Shown one piece after another: positions 17,322-26,745 of a stretch of DNA of 64,000 nucleotides. The stretch is from the IMG/VR virus record IMGVR_UViG_3300044693_000067; one strand, written 5' to 3'. Positions within the stretch are counted from its first letter, which is position 1; every line of letters starts with the position of its first letter. The notes below the pieces were generated by a model that saw nothing but the letters and a program-made list of their open reading frames with translations, was not told the DNA's origin and did no database searches. A program made the translations under genes and the position numbers. The stretch is from an uncultured virus (IMG/VR IMGVR_UViG_3300044693_000067). Its lineage: Duplodnaviria > Heunggongvirae > Uroviricota > Caudoviricetes.

Positions 17322-19586
17322 TTAGCAGTGTGTCTGCACGCCCATATAGGACGTGTAGCTTGAGGTCGGCGCGCCGGCCGAGCACGTCACACCAACTTTC
17401 GTGTTTGTGCCCGTTATATTGACCGAAGTCGTGATCCCGGCACCGCCGACGACATTCCCGTAGACCATGCCGGCTACTTGTGCGCCGCCAGTTCCGCCGA
17501 TGCCCGTCGATGCATAGCCGCTATCACTTTGAATGATGTTGCCGTGAATGTTGAATGATGCGGCATTGCTCGCATTGTTCATCTGGATCGCGACTTTGCT
17601 GGCCGTTGTGCTCGTCGAACCGGCGTCAACAATCGTGTTATCCGCAATGTTCACAACACTGGAATTGGTCAACCCTACTGTGCTACCAGCGTAGATCGCC
17701 GGGCCAGAGAATCCGCGGAACGTATTGCCGACGATATTCTGGTGAATCCATGCACCGAGGCGTATGCCGCCCCATACGTTCGTGGTGCCGGTCGATTGCC
17801 CCGAAACGAACGTATTGCCTGATACCGTGATTTCCTGCGCACTCGAACCAGACACAACGTCTTGGTCAAGATCAACGGCCGGCCCCAACGTTTCATTCGT
17901 GAGAAGAACGCTATTATTTGCGAAGACGATGTTCGATGCGATCTTGCCCGAGTTCGCCCATAACCGAACGCCAGTGTAGACATTCAGGAACGAATTACCT
18001 GTCATCGTGACGCCCGTCACGTTGTCATTCTGGCCGGCGATATTCGCGCCGATGTTGTAATTCCAGACGACGTTGTTTGTGACGGAAATATCAAAACCGT
18101 GTACTTCGATTGCGGTGTTCTTCGTGCTTTGCGACGAGTTATAGAACGAGTTGTTCGCGACAACCCCATTCACGACATCAAGATAGACGGCCGAGAAATC
18201 TGTGCAGGCCGTGTTGACCAAATCACACGAATTCTCGTCGCGGCTGTTGACGATGCGTACGTTCTCGATCGTCGGAAAGGTCGCAGATGGGTTGCCGAAA
18301 GAGAAATTCTGCGAGCCTGGATTGTTGACGACCGTCACCCCATCGATGAGGATGCCATCGCCATACACTGCGCCGATCGCGATATTGTTGTTGTAACAGG
18401 AGTTCGAGCAGCTATTATTCGAGCCGTTCTCGTCGACTTTAAATTCGCGGTACTGCACATTGTTGATCGGATACGACGACGAGCTATCGAACGGGTAAAT
18501 CACGAAGAAGCCCGTACCGGAGCTAACGTTCATCCCGGCCGCGACCTTAAGCACCGACGAAGGGCCGCACCCGACGATGTTGACGTTCGAATACGGGTAG
18601 ATCAGCGAGCGCAGCGAGTTACCGGCTGTGGACGCGAGGTTGTACGTCGTATTGCAAGTAAGCTGAAGCGTGCCGCCGCCCGTCAGACCAGACAGAGCCA
18701 ACATCGCTGCGCGGATCGGCGCTCCATCGTCCGCCGAACCGTTCGCCTGAGAGCCGAACATCGCCGGGGTATAGCGCCCAGCAAGATAGCCATCACGCAC
18801 CCAGCGGCCAGAAGCAGGAAGCGAACTCGGCTGGATGAACGTGCCGCCGTTGTCGGCCGTCGAGTTAGACCCATTCCAAGTGAAATACCCACCGCCCGCA
18901 TCGGTCGCGCTGTAGTAGCCCGCGACATACACGCGCCCGAGCACCGCCGCAGCCGTCGTCGACAGCGCCTTAAGCGACGCGATGGACGAGACCGTGGGGA
19001 CAATCGGCGAACCATTCGTCGTTGCGCACGTCGTCGCAAGCGTGCCGCTCGTCGAGCAGTCACCTGAGAGGTTTTGGACTGCATAAGTGGCGGTGCCAGT
19101 GCGCGCGACAATGCCCGTACCGCTGAGGCCGGAAACGTTGTCTAGGGCTGTGCCGCCCGCCGTAGCCGAACCCGTGCCACCGTGCGCGACAGGAAGGGGG
19201 TCGGCGACGAATGCGTACGCGCTCGCACCGGTCCGCTGCAAAAACCCCGTGCCGCTGAAGCCGCTGATGTTGTCGACGCACGTCCCGCTCGCTGCGGCGC
19301 AGTTCGTACCGCCCGAAGCGACAGCGAGAGGCGACGTCAGGCTCAGGCCATTGAGCGTCGCAAGGCCGGCGCTTGATAGGGTTGTGAATGCGCCAGTGCT
19401 AGGCGTAGTCGCGCCGATCGTCGTGCCATTGATCGAACCACCAGAAAGCGCCGAACTTGCGATCGTAGCCGTTCCGTTGACCGTGAGGTTCTGGAATGTC
19501 GGCGACGGGTAAGTCTGAGCGTTGACGACAAACGAAAACGCGAGCAACAGCAGCGCGCTAATCGATGCGAAGATTTTTTTCTTCAT
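17322..19586 (-). CDS. Tailspike-like right-handed beta-helix (pectate-lyase-like) protein with N-terminal signal peptide
   Basis: DAGGGYFTW...DNGGT, FGSQANGSADDGAPIRAA, Asn-rich beta-helix repeats. Confidence 0.8.
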   Translation of the reverse strand: MKKKIFASISALLLLAFSFVVNAQTYPSPTFQNLTVNGTATIASSALSGGSINGTTIGATTPSTGAFTTLSSAGLATLNGLSLTSPLAVASGGTNCAAASGTCVDNISGFSGTGFLQRTGASAYAFVADPLPVAHGGTGSATAGGTALDNVSGLSGTGIVARTGTATYAVQNLSGDCSTSGTLATTCATTNGSPIVPTVSSIASLKALSTTAAAVLGRVYVAGYYSATDAGGGYFTWNGSNSTADNGGTFIQPSSLPASGRWVRDGYLAGRYTPAMFGSQANGSADDGAPIRAAMLALSGLTGGGTLQLTCNTTYNLASTAGNSLRSLIYPYSNVNIVGCGPSSVLKVAAGMNVSSGTGFFVIYPFDSSSSYPINNVQYREFKVDENGSNNSCSNSCYNNNIAIGAVYGDGILIDGVTVVNNPGSQNFSFGNPSATFPTIENVRIVNSRDENSCDLVNTACTDFSAVYLDVVNGVVANNSFYNSSQSTKNTAIEVHGFDISVTNNVVWNYNIGANIAGQNDNVTGVTMTGNSFLNVYTGVRLWANSGKIASNIVFANNSVLLTNETLGPAVDLDQDVVSGSSAQEITVSGNTFVSGQSTGTTNVWGGIRLGAWIHQNIVGNTFRGFSGPAIYAGSTVGLTNSSVVNIADNTIVDAGSTSTTASKVAIQMNNASNAASFNIHGNIIQSDSGYASTGIGGTGGAQVAGMVYGNVVGGAGITTSVNITGTNTKVGVTCSAGAPTSSYTSYMGVQTHC

Positions 19587-19597
19587 GAGGCACCAAT

Positions 19598-19622
19598 AAA
19601 AAAAGCCCTCCGAAGAGGGCTT
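19598..19622 (-). terminator. Intrinsic terminator
   Basis: AAGCCCTC-CGAA-GAGGGCTT with an A7 run. Confidence 0.75.
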
Positions 19623-19641
19623 CTATTTGGGAGAGACTTGC

Positions 19642-19857
19642 TTAGGAAACCGAAACGACGCCGCCGTCAATCCACGGAAGGCCGGGCGATGCCGGCTTTT
19701 GTGTTGGCAGGCTTGCTATCCATGCATTGAAGTTGATGATCGATGACAATTCGGAGAGAGGCATCGAGCATTTCGCCAATTGCCCGTTCTGCTCCTGATG
19801 AATCGTCACCAACTCATTCCCGGTCAACGCCTGAGGAAGCCCGAATATTTCATCCAT
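19642..19857 (-). CDS. Small tail-associated protein
   Basis: Follows the tail fibre; ends WIDGGVVSVS like the DUF2612 protein. Confidence 0.6.
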   Translation of the reverse strand: MDEIFGLPQALTGNELVTIHQEQNGQLAKCSMPLSELSSIINFNAWIASLPTQKPASPGLPWIDGGVVSVS

Positions 19858-19869
19858 TTTTCAACCTGC

Positions 19870-21321
19870 TTAGATCGTGTAACCGCAAATATTCACGACG
19901 AAGGTAGTCGTCCCCGATGTGTTCGATGTGCCGTAGTAGATCGTTTGTGGCGTCGCCACTTGCAACGAGAACGGGAAGCCGGTGGAGTAGGTGAAATTCC
20001 CTTGTATCGCGCCGATCCCAGACGATGACGATGCGATCTGCAATACCGCGCTCGTGCCCGTATTGGGGGAACTGGTTGCGAGCATCGTCCCGTTGATGTT
20101 GATTGCGTTCGCCGGAACGACGGCCGAAATGCTCAGGGACGAATACGCAGATACGATGGCGGACGAATTGAGAACCGAGGTCGGGACAAAGCACAAGTAC
20201 CGGTCCCGCAACGAGCCCGCGACGAAATTTCCTGAACTGTTTGTCGGCCAAACAGCTAGAAGCGCGCTTGCCGTGTACCCGCTCGGCATGTGTCCACCAG
20301 CGTAGACGTTGGGTGCCGCAGCCGCCGTGGCATTTGCGGCCAGAAGGCTCAGGGTCGTAGTCGACGGGTTGTAGATGCCGTAGATTGCGACGAACCCGCT
20401 CAATGGAGCCGTTCCCGTATCCATCCCTCCTGCGCCCGTAGTGCCGAGGTTGATCGATGCATTGGCGTTAGCGACGCAGTATCGAAGTCCGGCAAGGGCA
20501 CTCTCAAGCACAACCTCGTCGGCCGTCCATGATGCAGTTGCGCTTGCTGACGCAACGTTCATTTTTGCGTTACGTACAGATCCGACGATCCCGGATGCCT
20601 GTGTCATGCCTGGCGATGTTTGCCGCCAAGAACTCACGCCGTCGCCGGAGATAGGCAGAGAACCACTCACCGCAATCTGTATCGACGCGCTACCCGTAGG
20701 CCAGAACGTGTCAGATCCCGCGGCATTGACCGTGACGGTATTCGCACTCGCATCGACACGAACAAAGTTGAACGGAAGCGGCACGCCATTGGCGCTAGAA
20801 ACGGACGGCATCGTAATAATCACGTTTCCCGACGTGGCATTGACGAGAATCAACCCGGCGTTGTAGACGCTAAGCGTGGATGTAGCCGTTACGGTCGTGA
20901 CATTCGCGCCGAACGTAGGAATCGGCATCCATCCCGCAGCGCCCACAGCCGGAGCAACGGTGTTGTTCTCGACCGTCGACATAAATGCCGGACCGCCCGC
21001 AACGATCTCGACTATCGCTCCCATCGGATAACCACCGATGGATGATTGAAACGATGCGTCAAAGACGATGGGGCCTCCGGCCTGCTGCCATTGGTCCCAT
21101 TGCGTGACCTGCTTCAATAGACCGTTGAAGTCTTTGCCGAAAGGCGGCGTACCACCAGATGCGACGGGAACAAAGCACTTCGGTGGAAAACCATCGGTGA
21201 GTGACGCCGCACCGTCCTGAATCCCAATCTGAGAGGCTTGGGGGATAGTGCGCGTGTACAAAGCCCCGGCCGCATTGGCGAACGGAATCGGGAACTTCGC
21301 GGGGACGTTCGAACTTTGCAT
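19870..21321 (-). CDS. Tail fibre protein
   Basis: N-terminal PIPFA...GFPP...GGTPPFGKDFNG...GGYPMGA baseplate-attachment domain. Confidence 0.85.
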   Translation of the reverse strand: MQSSNVPAKFPIPFANAAGALYTRTIPQASQIGIQDGAASLTDGFPPKCFVPVASGGTPPFGKDFNGLLKQVTQWDQWQQAGGPIVFDASFQSSIGGYPMGAIVEIVAGGPAFMSTVENNTVAPAVGAAGWMPIPTFGANVTTVTATSTLSVYNAGLILVNATSGNVIITMPSVSSANGVPLPFNFVRVDASANTVTVNAAGSDTFWPTGSASIQIAVSGSLPISGDGVSSWRQTSPGMTQASGIVGSVRNAKMNVASASATASWTADEVVLESALAGLRYCVANANASINLGTTGAGGMDTGTAPLSGFVAIYGIYNPSTTTLSLLAANATAAAAPNVYAGGHMPSGYTASALLAVWPTNSSGNFVAGSLRDRYLCFVPTSVLNSSAIVSAYSSLSISAVVPANAININGTMLATSSPNTGTSAVLQIASSSSGIGAIQGNFTYSTGFPFSLQVATPQTIYYGTSNTSGTTTFVVNICGYTI

Positions 21322-21333
21322 GAGATTCCGAAA

Positions 21334-22179
21334 TCAGGAAATAGCGACAACGCCGCCGTCATTCCAAAGAATTCCGCTGCCAATGCCTTGATTGGCAAGC
21401 GGGAGATTTGCGCCACCGATCCTCAAAAGGCTCGTGGCGTTGATGGCCGAGAAATAGACGGGCGGGGCGCTAGGATTGGGGGTAGTCGTGCCGTACACGC
21501 TCACGACGCCCGCGTTGTTCCACAAAGCACCGTTTGTCAGACCGGTAGGCGACGTCGGATAACCGGACGTGCCCATTTCAATGCCGACTACACCGCCGTT
21601 GTCGTAAAGCCCAAGCTGGACGATGCTCAACTGCACGCCAGCAGGGCGAGGCAACACGCCCGACTGCGCGACGATTGCGAACTGAACCGGAGACAACTGA
21701 AAATCGAACGTGTACGTCATAGTCATGTTCTGACCATCGGTACACCAGCAATCGCCCGTAGAGCCGAACAGCGCCATCAGGATTTGATTGATGCTCTGGA
21801 TGGAGCCGTTCGAAATGTTCGCGTATGCCTTTGCCTGAATGAGCAAACGGAAGGCATCATCGGTCAGTGCGTAATTGCCTGTCGTCGACGAGCCATCGTA
21901 GAGCGGGGCGACGTTAAAGGGTGTTTCAACCGAACCGTCACCCGCTTCTTCGTATCCAAGCCATTGACCGGCAGAGACTTGGAGAACTCTTTTGACGCCG
22001 ACAATGCGCCCCCATATGTCGAGGCCGTTTCCTACGGCCGTCTGCATGTCCCAAATGTTGCTGTAGAACGCGTCTAGATCTGCTGTGGGATCGATGCAAT
22101 CGTTGAAGCTCTCGATTAGCGCCGTGAGCGTGGGGGATGCCGCATACTGGCTAAGAATCGTCTCGCTGTAATTGAGCAT
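21334..22179 (-). CDS. Baseplate wedge protein (DUF2612)
   Basis: TILSQYAASPTL, GLDIWGRIVGVKR, LPRPAGV. Confidence 0.85.
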   Translation of the reverse strand: MLNYSETILSQYAASPTLTALIESFNDCIDPTADLDAFYSNIWDMQTAVGNGLDIWGRIVGVKRVLQVSAGQWLGYEEAGDGSVETPFNVAPLYDGSSTTGNYALTDDAFRLLIQAKAYANISNGSIQSINQILMALFGSTGDCWCTDGQNMTMTYTFDFQLSPVQFAIVAQSGVLPRPAGVQLSIVQLGLYDNGGVVGIEMGTSGYPTSPTGLTNGALWNNAGVVSVYGTTTPNPSAPPVYFSAINATSLLRIGGANLPLANQGIGSGILWNDGGVVAIS

Positions 22180-22180
22180 G

Positions 22181-23593
22181 TCACACCAACGCCAAGGTCA
22201 CGTTTGCCGCGGCGAACGTCGGCTCCTGATTGATGTTCATCGTGACGTCGTTCAGATTGGCAACAACGCCGAACATCGTCTCGCTCGATACCGTTTGAGC
22301 GATGCTCACCGTCCAACTCGTCCCGCTGCCGGCAGTGATCTGTGTTCCCGATACGATATTTCCGGCCGTATCCGTGATGAACTGGCCTATGGCGAGCGAG
22401 CCAGAGGCCACGCTCGAAACCGTCAATGTGTTGCCAGAGATCGAACCGGTGAATTGCGCCGAGGGATTGTTGATGCAGCCCATCGTGATCGAGACGATCT
22501 GCGCCCAAGATCCAAGCGATGCCACGCCCGCATAAAAGCGGCTCGCAAATAGCGTCGCGCCGATCCGCGGCACGACACCCCCGTCCGCACCGGAGAACGC
22601 GTTATCGAACGCGGTTTGGATGAGGCTTAACGCATTGGACGGAACCGTCGAACTGTTCTTGATCGATACCGCGAAGAAGATCGCGGCGTTGGTCGCGGTC
22701 TGGAACGAGACGGAATAACTCGGCGGTGATGCGTATTGCGGATTGGGATCGACAACCGTTTGCGTCGTATTCCCTGTGTAGTTACAGCCAGGAGGTTTTT
22801 TGCCCCAGATTGCAGTAGCGACGGCCTGAGCTGAAAAGCTACCCGCCACGCAGACATAGAGGCTATTGGCGTTCAGCGAAACCCCGCCGATCGTTTGCGA
22901 TGTCGGCTGCGGGTTGTCGATCACATATGCATCGACAACACCGGATACCCCGAGGACCGCGCCGAGAACCGAATCCAGCATCCCGACTGAGTTGGTCGCG
23001 ACGCTTTGTTGCCGACGCAGTTCGAATGCGGCTCGGCCCTCGACCAAACGACCTATCACCCCGGACGTGCAAGTAACCGAATCCCAGCCATTGATGGCTT
23101 GGTAGATCGTGACTTGCGTTGAACCGGGAACAGGAATCGGGCCGGTTGTGAGGCACGCAAAGGGAAGCGTGATCGTGCCGCCCACCGGGATAGTTCCAGC
23201 GGTCGTGCAAGCGTAAATATTCCCGCTCGAGTCTTTGATCTGAGCGCCAACCGGAATCGGTGTGTTGTTCGCACCGACGCAAGCAATTTGAAGCGTGGTC
23301 GGCTGCGCCGGGAGACGAGTCAGAAAATACAGTTGCCCGATCGCGTCCTGCCACCGACCCGATGACGTTGCCGGATCGACTTGATTGGAGATATAGGCGA
23401 TCTGGCTATTCTTGTCTCCAACGATAGCGGTTTGAGATTGCGCCAACTGACCTTGCGGCGCGCTCAACTGGGGGTTCATGCCGCCGCCGAACGCTGCCGA
23501 TTGATCGGCTTGCATTCCCGCTAGAATGGCGCTCTCTGCGGGCAGTACAGGGCTCCCATTAACCCACTGGATCGCAGGAACGTTGGTCGTCAT
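22181..23593 (-). CDS. Baseplate J-like protein
   Basis: PQGQLA, GRWQDAIGQLYFLTR, FELRRQQSVA. Confidence 0.88.
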   Translation of the reverse strand: MTTNVPAIQWVNGSPVLPAESAILAGMQADQSAAFGGGMNPQLSAPQGQLAQSQTAIVGDKNSQIAYISNQVDPATSSGRWQDAIGQLYFLTRLPAQPTTLQIACVGANNTPIPVGAQIKDSSGNIYACTTAGTIPVGGTITLPFACLTTGPIPVPGSTQVTIYQAINGWDSVTCTSGVIGRLVEGRAAFELRRQQSVATNSVGMLDSVLGAVLGVSGVVDAYVIDNPQPTSQTIGGVSLNANSLYVCVAGSFSAQAVATAIWGKKPPGCNYTGNTTQTVVDPNPQYASPPSYSVSFQTATNAAIFFAVSIKNSSTVPSNALSLIQTAFDNAFSGADGGVVPRIGATLFASRFYAGVASLGSWAQIVSITMGCINNPSAQFTGSISGNTLTVSSVASGSLAIGQFITDTAGNIVSGTQITAGSGTSWTVSIAQTVSSETMFGVVANLNDVTMNINQEPTFAAANVTLALV

Positions 23594-23606
23594 TGGAGAA
23601 TCCGAA

Positions 23607-23870
23607 ATGGAAATCGCGATTGTTTGGTTCTTGCTATCGCTTGTCGTGGCCGTGGCGGCTCAAGCTCGCGGTAGGAGCGGGCTGGCGTGGTGCCTAGTGT
23701 CGATAGCTGTCTCTCCGGCAATCGGGCTGCTGCTCGTATTGGTTCTGCCAACGAAAGCGAATCAGCCGACTCCCGAGACGCATGTCAGGTGTCCAGACTG
23801 CAAAGAGTTGGTCTTCAAGGAAGCGCGCAAATGCAAGCACTGCGGCTGCGCTTTGAGACCGTCAGAATGA
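23607..23870 (+). CDS. Membrane protein with zinc ribbon, antisense moron
   Basis: Two TM segments, then CPDC...CKHC; RBS GGAG. Confidence 0.7.
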   Translation: MEIAIVWFLLSLVVAVAAQARGRSGLAWCLVSIAVSPAIGLLLVLVLPTKANQPTPETHVRCPDCKELVFKEARKCKHCGCALRPSE

Positions 23871-24224
23871 GACGTTTGCGGCGATGCCGTCCGTATCGAT
23901 GATCTGGATTTGACCGGTCAACTCGCGACCGCTGAACGTGGCGAAAAGAACTCGAGCCTTTTTGACGTTCGGCACTTTCAAGGCAACGTTTTCGAGCGTC
24001 TTGCGCACAAACGAGAGCGGCGGAAGTTGGCCTAGGATTTGTTGCCAGTACGGGACGCCTTGCGAGACGTCGTACCAGTTCTCGCCAAGGAATGTGCGAA
24101 TGGCGCACGCCACGTCTTGGGCGACCGAGTAGGGCGCCGATGCAACCGCCCAATTCCCGTTCGTATCCAGGCACAAATCCCAGGCCGACTGATCGAGCAG
24201 CAGCGATAGGCTATTGATCGTCAT
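23862..24224 (-). CDS. Baseplate wedge/gp25-like protein
   Basis: VAQDVACAIRTFLGENWYD..GVPY. Confidence 0.75.
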   Translation of the reverse strand: MTINSLSLLLDQSAWDLCLDTNGNWAVASAPYSVAQDVACAIRTFLGENWYDVSQGVPYWQQILGQLPPLSFVRKTLENVALKVPNVKKARVLFATFSGRELTGQIQIIDTDGIAANVSF

Positions 24225-24976
24225 TCGGCTTGCACCACTGAGGTTTGAGAGTTACTTGGAGGCGCTGTAGTGGGAACGCTCGTTGTGCCACCCTGCGGAT
24301 CGGTATGCACATGGTTTGCGGCCCACGTCGCGAAAGCTGAGTTGAGCAGGCTAAGAAGCGCTGACCCGGAGTTCTGCAATTTGATGCTGGCGGCTTTGAT
24401 GACTGCTGTTGCGGCTTGAACGCTCGCCGATCCGCCTGCCGTGACACTAACGTTACCTGTCGTTGTGATACTGGCTGTAGGCGCGGTTATGCTAACCGCG
24501 GTAGGCGAAACAATCGAAATACCGCTCGAATTGAACTGCACGTATTGCGTCGGCGCGGCTCCGATGATGGTCATCAGATACACCATATCGGACATATCGT
24601 GCTTGCGCGTGCTGCCAGGATTGGCCGCAGCGCCTACGTTCTTGACGCCCGAAATGTCTCGGTCGCAAACTGTCGCAATGCCTATGTCTCCGACTTGCGG
24701 ATCAAGGATGACGGCGTTTTGTCCGCCCTGAATCCGCATGTATGGCACGTTCGCTATTGCCGCGTGCGGCCACGGCACGCCATCACCATCCGTCGCATTC
24801 ACCAGCGGGCGTACCGTGACGGTCCCAATTGCTGACACACCACCGCTATTCGTGACCCCCATCACCTCGACAGGGATGGACGTTCGAACGCCAGACAACG
24901 CCGATCGAATGATGTACTTAAGCCGACTGATGTCGCTCGCCCCATCCGCTGCGACGTGGTTAGTTTGCAGGGACAT
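24221..24976 (-). CDS. Baseplate central spike (gp138/gpV-like)
   Basis: DPQVGDIG...DRDIS, C-terminal HVH metal motif. Confidence 0.85.
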   Translation of the reverse strand: MSLQTNHVAADGASDISRLKYIIRSALSGVRTSIPVEVMGVTNSGGVSAIGTVTVRPLVNATDGDGVPWPHAAIANVPYMRIQGGQNAVILDPQVGDIGIATVCDRDISGVKNVGAAANPGSTRKHDMSDMVYLMTIIGAAPTQYVQFNSSGISIVSPTAVSITAPTASITTTGNVSVTAGGSASVQAATAVIKAASIKLQNSGSALLSLLNSAFATWAANHVHTDPQGGTTSVPTTAPPSNSQTSVVQAE

Positions 24977-25811
24977 ACGGGGGCGGGGAGAGTCGGCAAG
25001 TGGTGAACCACGGCCCGTCAGCGGTCAGCGTGGAAAGCTGATGCGTGACGGTCTGAATCGGGAATGTTCCGTTTGCTTTCGGGATCTTGCTCGTCAGGTT
25101 GACGTTTCGACCGCCCAGCATGCGCGGATTGAACTGGCTCGTAACAATGAAGCCAGCCTCGTAATACGTCGGGTAGCCGACGAGACCATTTCCTGGCCCT
25201 AGGTCGATCTCAACCTCATCGCGAAGCCCGTTGTTCGGCCAGATTGTGACCGTGCCATTTGCTATCTCTACCGGGATAGCGGCGGCTTGGGCCACTTGCA
25301 TGATCTGGCTGACCGCAGACCCATAGAGATACTGATCGCGAACAACGACATGCGCTCCGTTGGGGTTTTCGAACACGAGGCCAACCGATTCCGCTAGCGC
25401 CTGAATGATGGTTTCTGCGTTGTTCGACCCCGCATAATGCTTGGCCGCGATGGTCTTAGCCTTCTCGTAATACCCGGCCGTGGCCGTTACCGTGAAACTA
25501 ACATCCGGCGAATTCGAGAAGTCGGGAAAGCTTCGGACGATGGTCCCGTAAAAGACCTGAGTCATCTTTCCGCCAACGTCCCCTGCCGACACCGTGACCG
25601 AGTTGGACGTGACGACAGCCGGCACAGAGCCCACGCTCGAGAGTTCGTTCATTTGATCGAGCGACATGCCCCAGACAGTCATCTGCATCTGGCCTTGGCC
25701 CAACGATCCGCCGAACTGAGAAATGATGACGCTTACCTTCAGCCCTTCAAGATCGAACGTCTGCGTCTCGGTGCTGAACTGCACGCTGATTTGACGTTGA
25801 ACAAAACTCAT
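24960..25811 (-). CDS. Baseplate hub protein
   Basis: Position in the module; GLVGYPT motif. Confidence 0.75.
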   Translation of the reverse strand: MSFVQRQISVQFSTETQTFDLEGLKVSVIISQFGGSLGQGQMQMTVWGMSLDQMNELSSVGSVPAVVTSNSVTVSAGDVGGKMTQVFYGTIVRSFPDFSNSPDVSFTVTATAGYYEKAKTIAAKHYAGSNNAETIIQALAESVGLVFENPNGAHVVVRDQYLYGSAVSQIMQVAQAAAIPVEIANGTVTIWPNNGLRDEVEIDLGPGNGLVGYPTYYEAGFIVTSQFNPRMLGGRNVNLTSKIPKANGTFPIQTVTHQLSTLTADGPWFTTCRLSPPPYVPAN

Positions 25812-26122
25812 GGCGAATAGGTGAGGATGTACCGCGACCCAAGGCCGGTGTAATACGGATCGGTGTCGCCTTGCGTGTCGACGAAGACCAGTTGGCCGAT
25901 GAAACCTAGATATGCCTCGCGCACAAGACCTACACCATTCAGGCAAAGCATCGCCGTGACGAGTTGCGACGTGCCGGTCAATGGATTCGTGACGCCTTGG
26001 ACGGACAAATCGAAGAACAGCCCCGTCGATTTTTGATAGACATTGATCGCGCACGTCTGCCCGTTGAGCAGCACAGTAAGCGACTGCGACGGCACGGCGG
26101 TAAGCGGTACGATTTGCATCAA
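25808..26122 (-). CDS. Baseplate plug-like protein
   Basis: VPLTAVPSQSLTVLL...DPYYTGLGSRY. Confidence 0.7.
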   Translation of the reverse strand: MMQIVPLTAVPSQSLTVLLNGQTCAINVYQKSTGLFFDLSVQGVTNPLTGTSQLVTAMLCLNGVGLVREAYLGFIGQLVFVDTQGDTDPYYTGLGSRYILTYSP

Positions 26123-26745
26123 ACTATCGCCGTGTCGTTATATGCAGACTGCTGCTGCGTCGTCGGGTTGACGGGAGAGACTTGTCCTTGCTGGCTCGAA
26201 TCGGCCCCGTCCGGTTGTGCCGTGCTCGTCGTAGTGCTTGTTCCTTGGCGAACTTCCTGGAACCAAAGCTGCGCAAATATCAGGGAAACGCCTTGTCGAG
26301 CCTCGCGCCGATAATCGACATGCACGAGGTTGCAGTTCTCATACACGTCATCGGGAGTGACAATCGATACGAGATCCGTCGATTCGCGCATCGTTTCGAT
26401 CTCGCTCAAAAACTGATCGCGCGTCATCGGCCCGTTGCCATTGCAAGAAAGCACCGTTCGGACGGAGAACGGAATGGCGATCTTGTTGTAACTTGCGAAC
26501 GATCCTTGCTCGACCGGGTGAGAACAAATCCTCATCTCGCCGCGGTATTCGAACTCCACCACCGAGTCGGGCAAGATCGCAGGATTTCCCGTCGAATCGA
26601 CGATTGCCCATTGCGGAGCCGGGTTATAGCTCGTGGTATCGACCGCCTGCTCGTCGCCAGCGGAGGGCAAATCCGCGCCGATCTGGCGTGGCACATTTGG
26701 AACGCCAGGGACGTCGGGGACATCAGGGTATGGAATGAAGCTCAC
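26119..26745 (-). CDS. Dit-like baseplate protein
   Basis: HPVEQGSFASYNK; follows the tape measure gene. Confidence 0.75.
   Translation of the reverse strand: MSFIPYPDVPDVPGVPNVPRQIGADLPSAGDEQAVDTTSYNPAPQWAIVDSTGNPAILPDSVVEFEYRGEMRICSHPVEQGSFASYNKIAIPFSVRTVLSCNGNGPMTRDQFLSEIETMRESTDLVSIVTPDDVYENCNLVHVDYRREARQGVSLIFAQLWFQEVRQGTSTTTSTAQPDGADSSQQGQVSPVNPTTQQQSAYNDTAIV

Noticed and set aside
17322..21321. Second VR in the tail fibre or spike genes
   Set aside because: No TR-like segment or RARAVRR-type C-terminus was seen by eye
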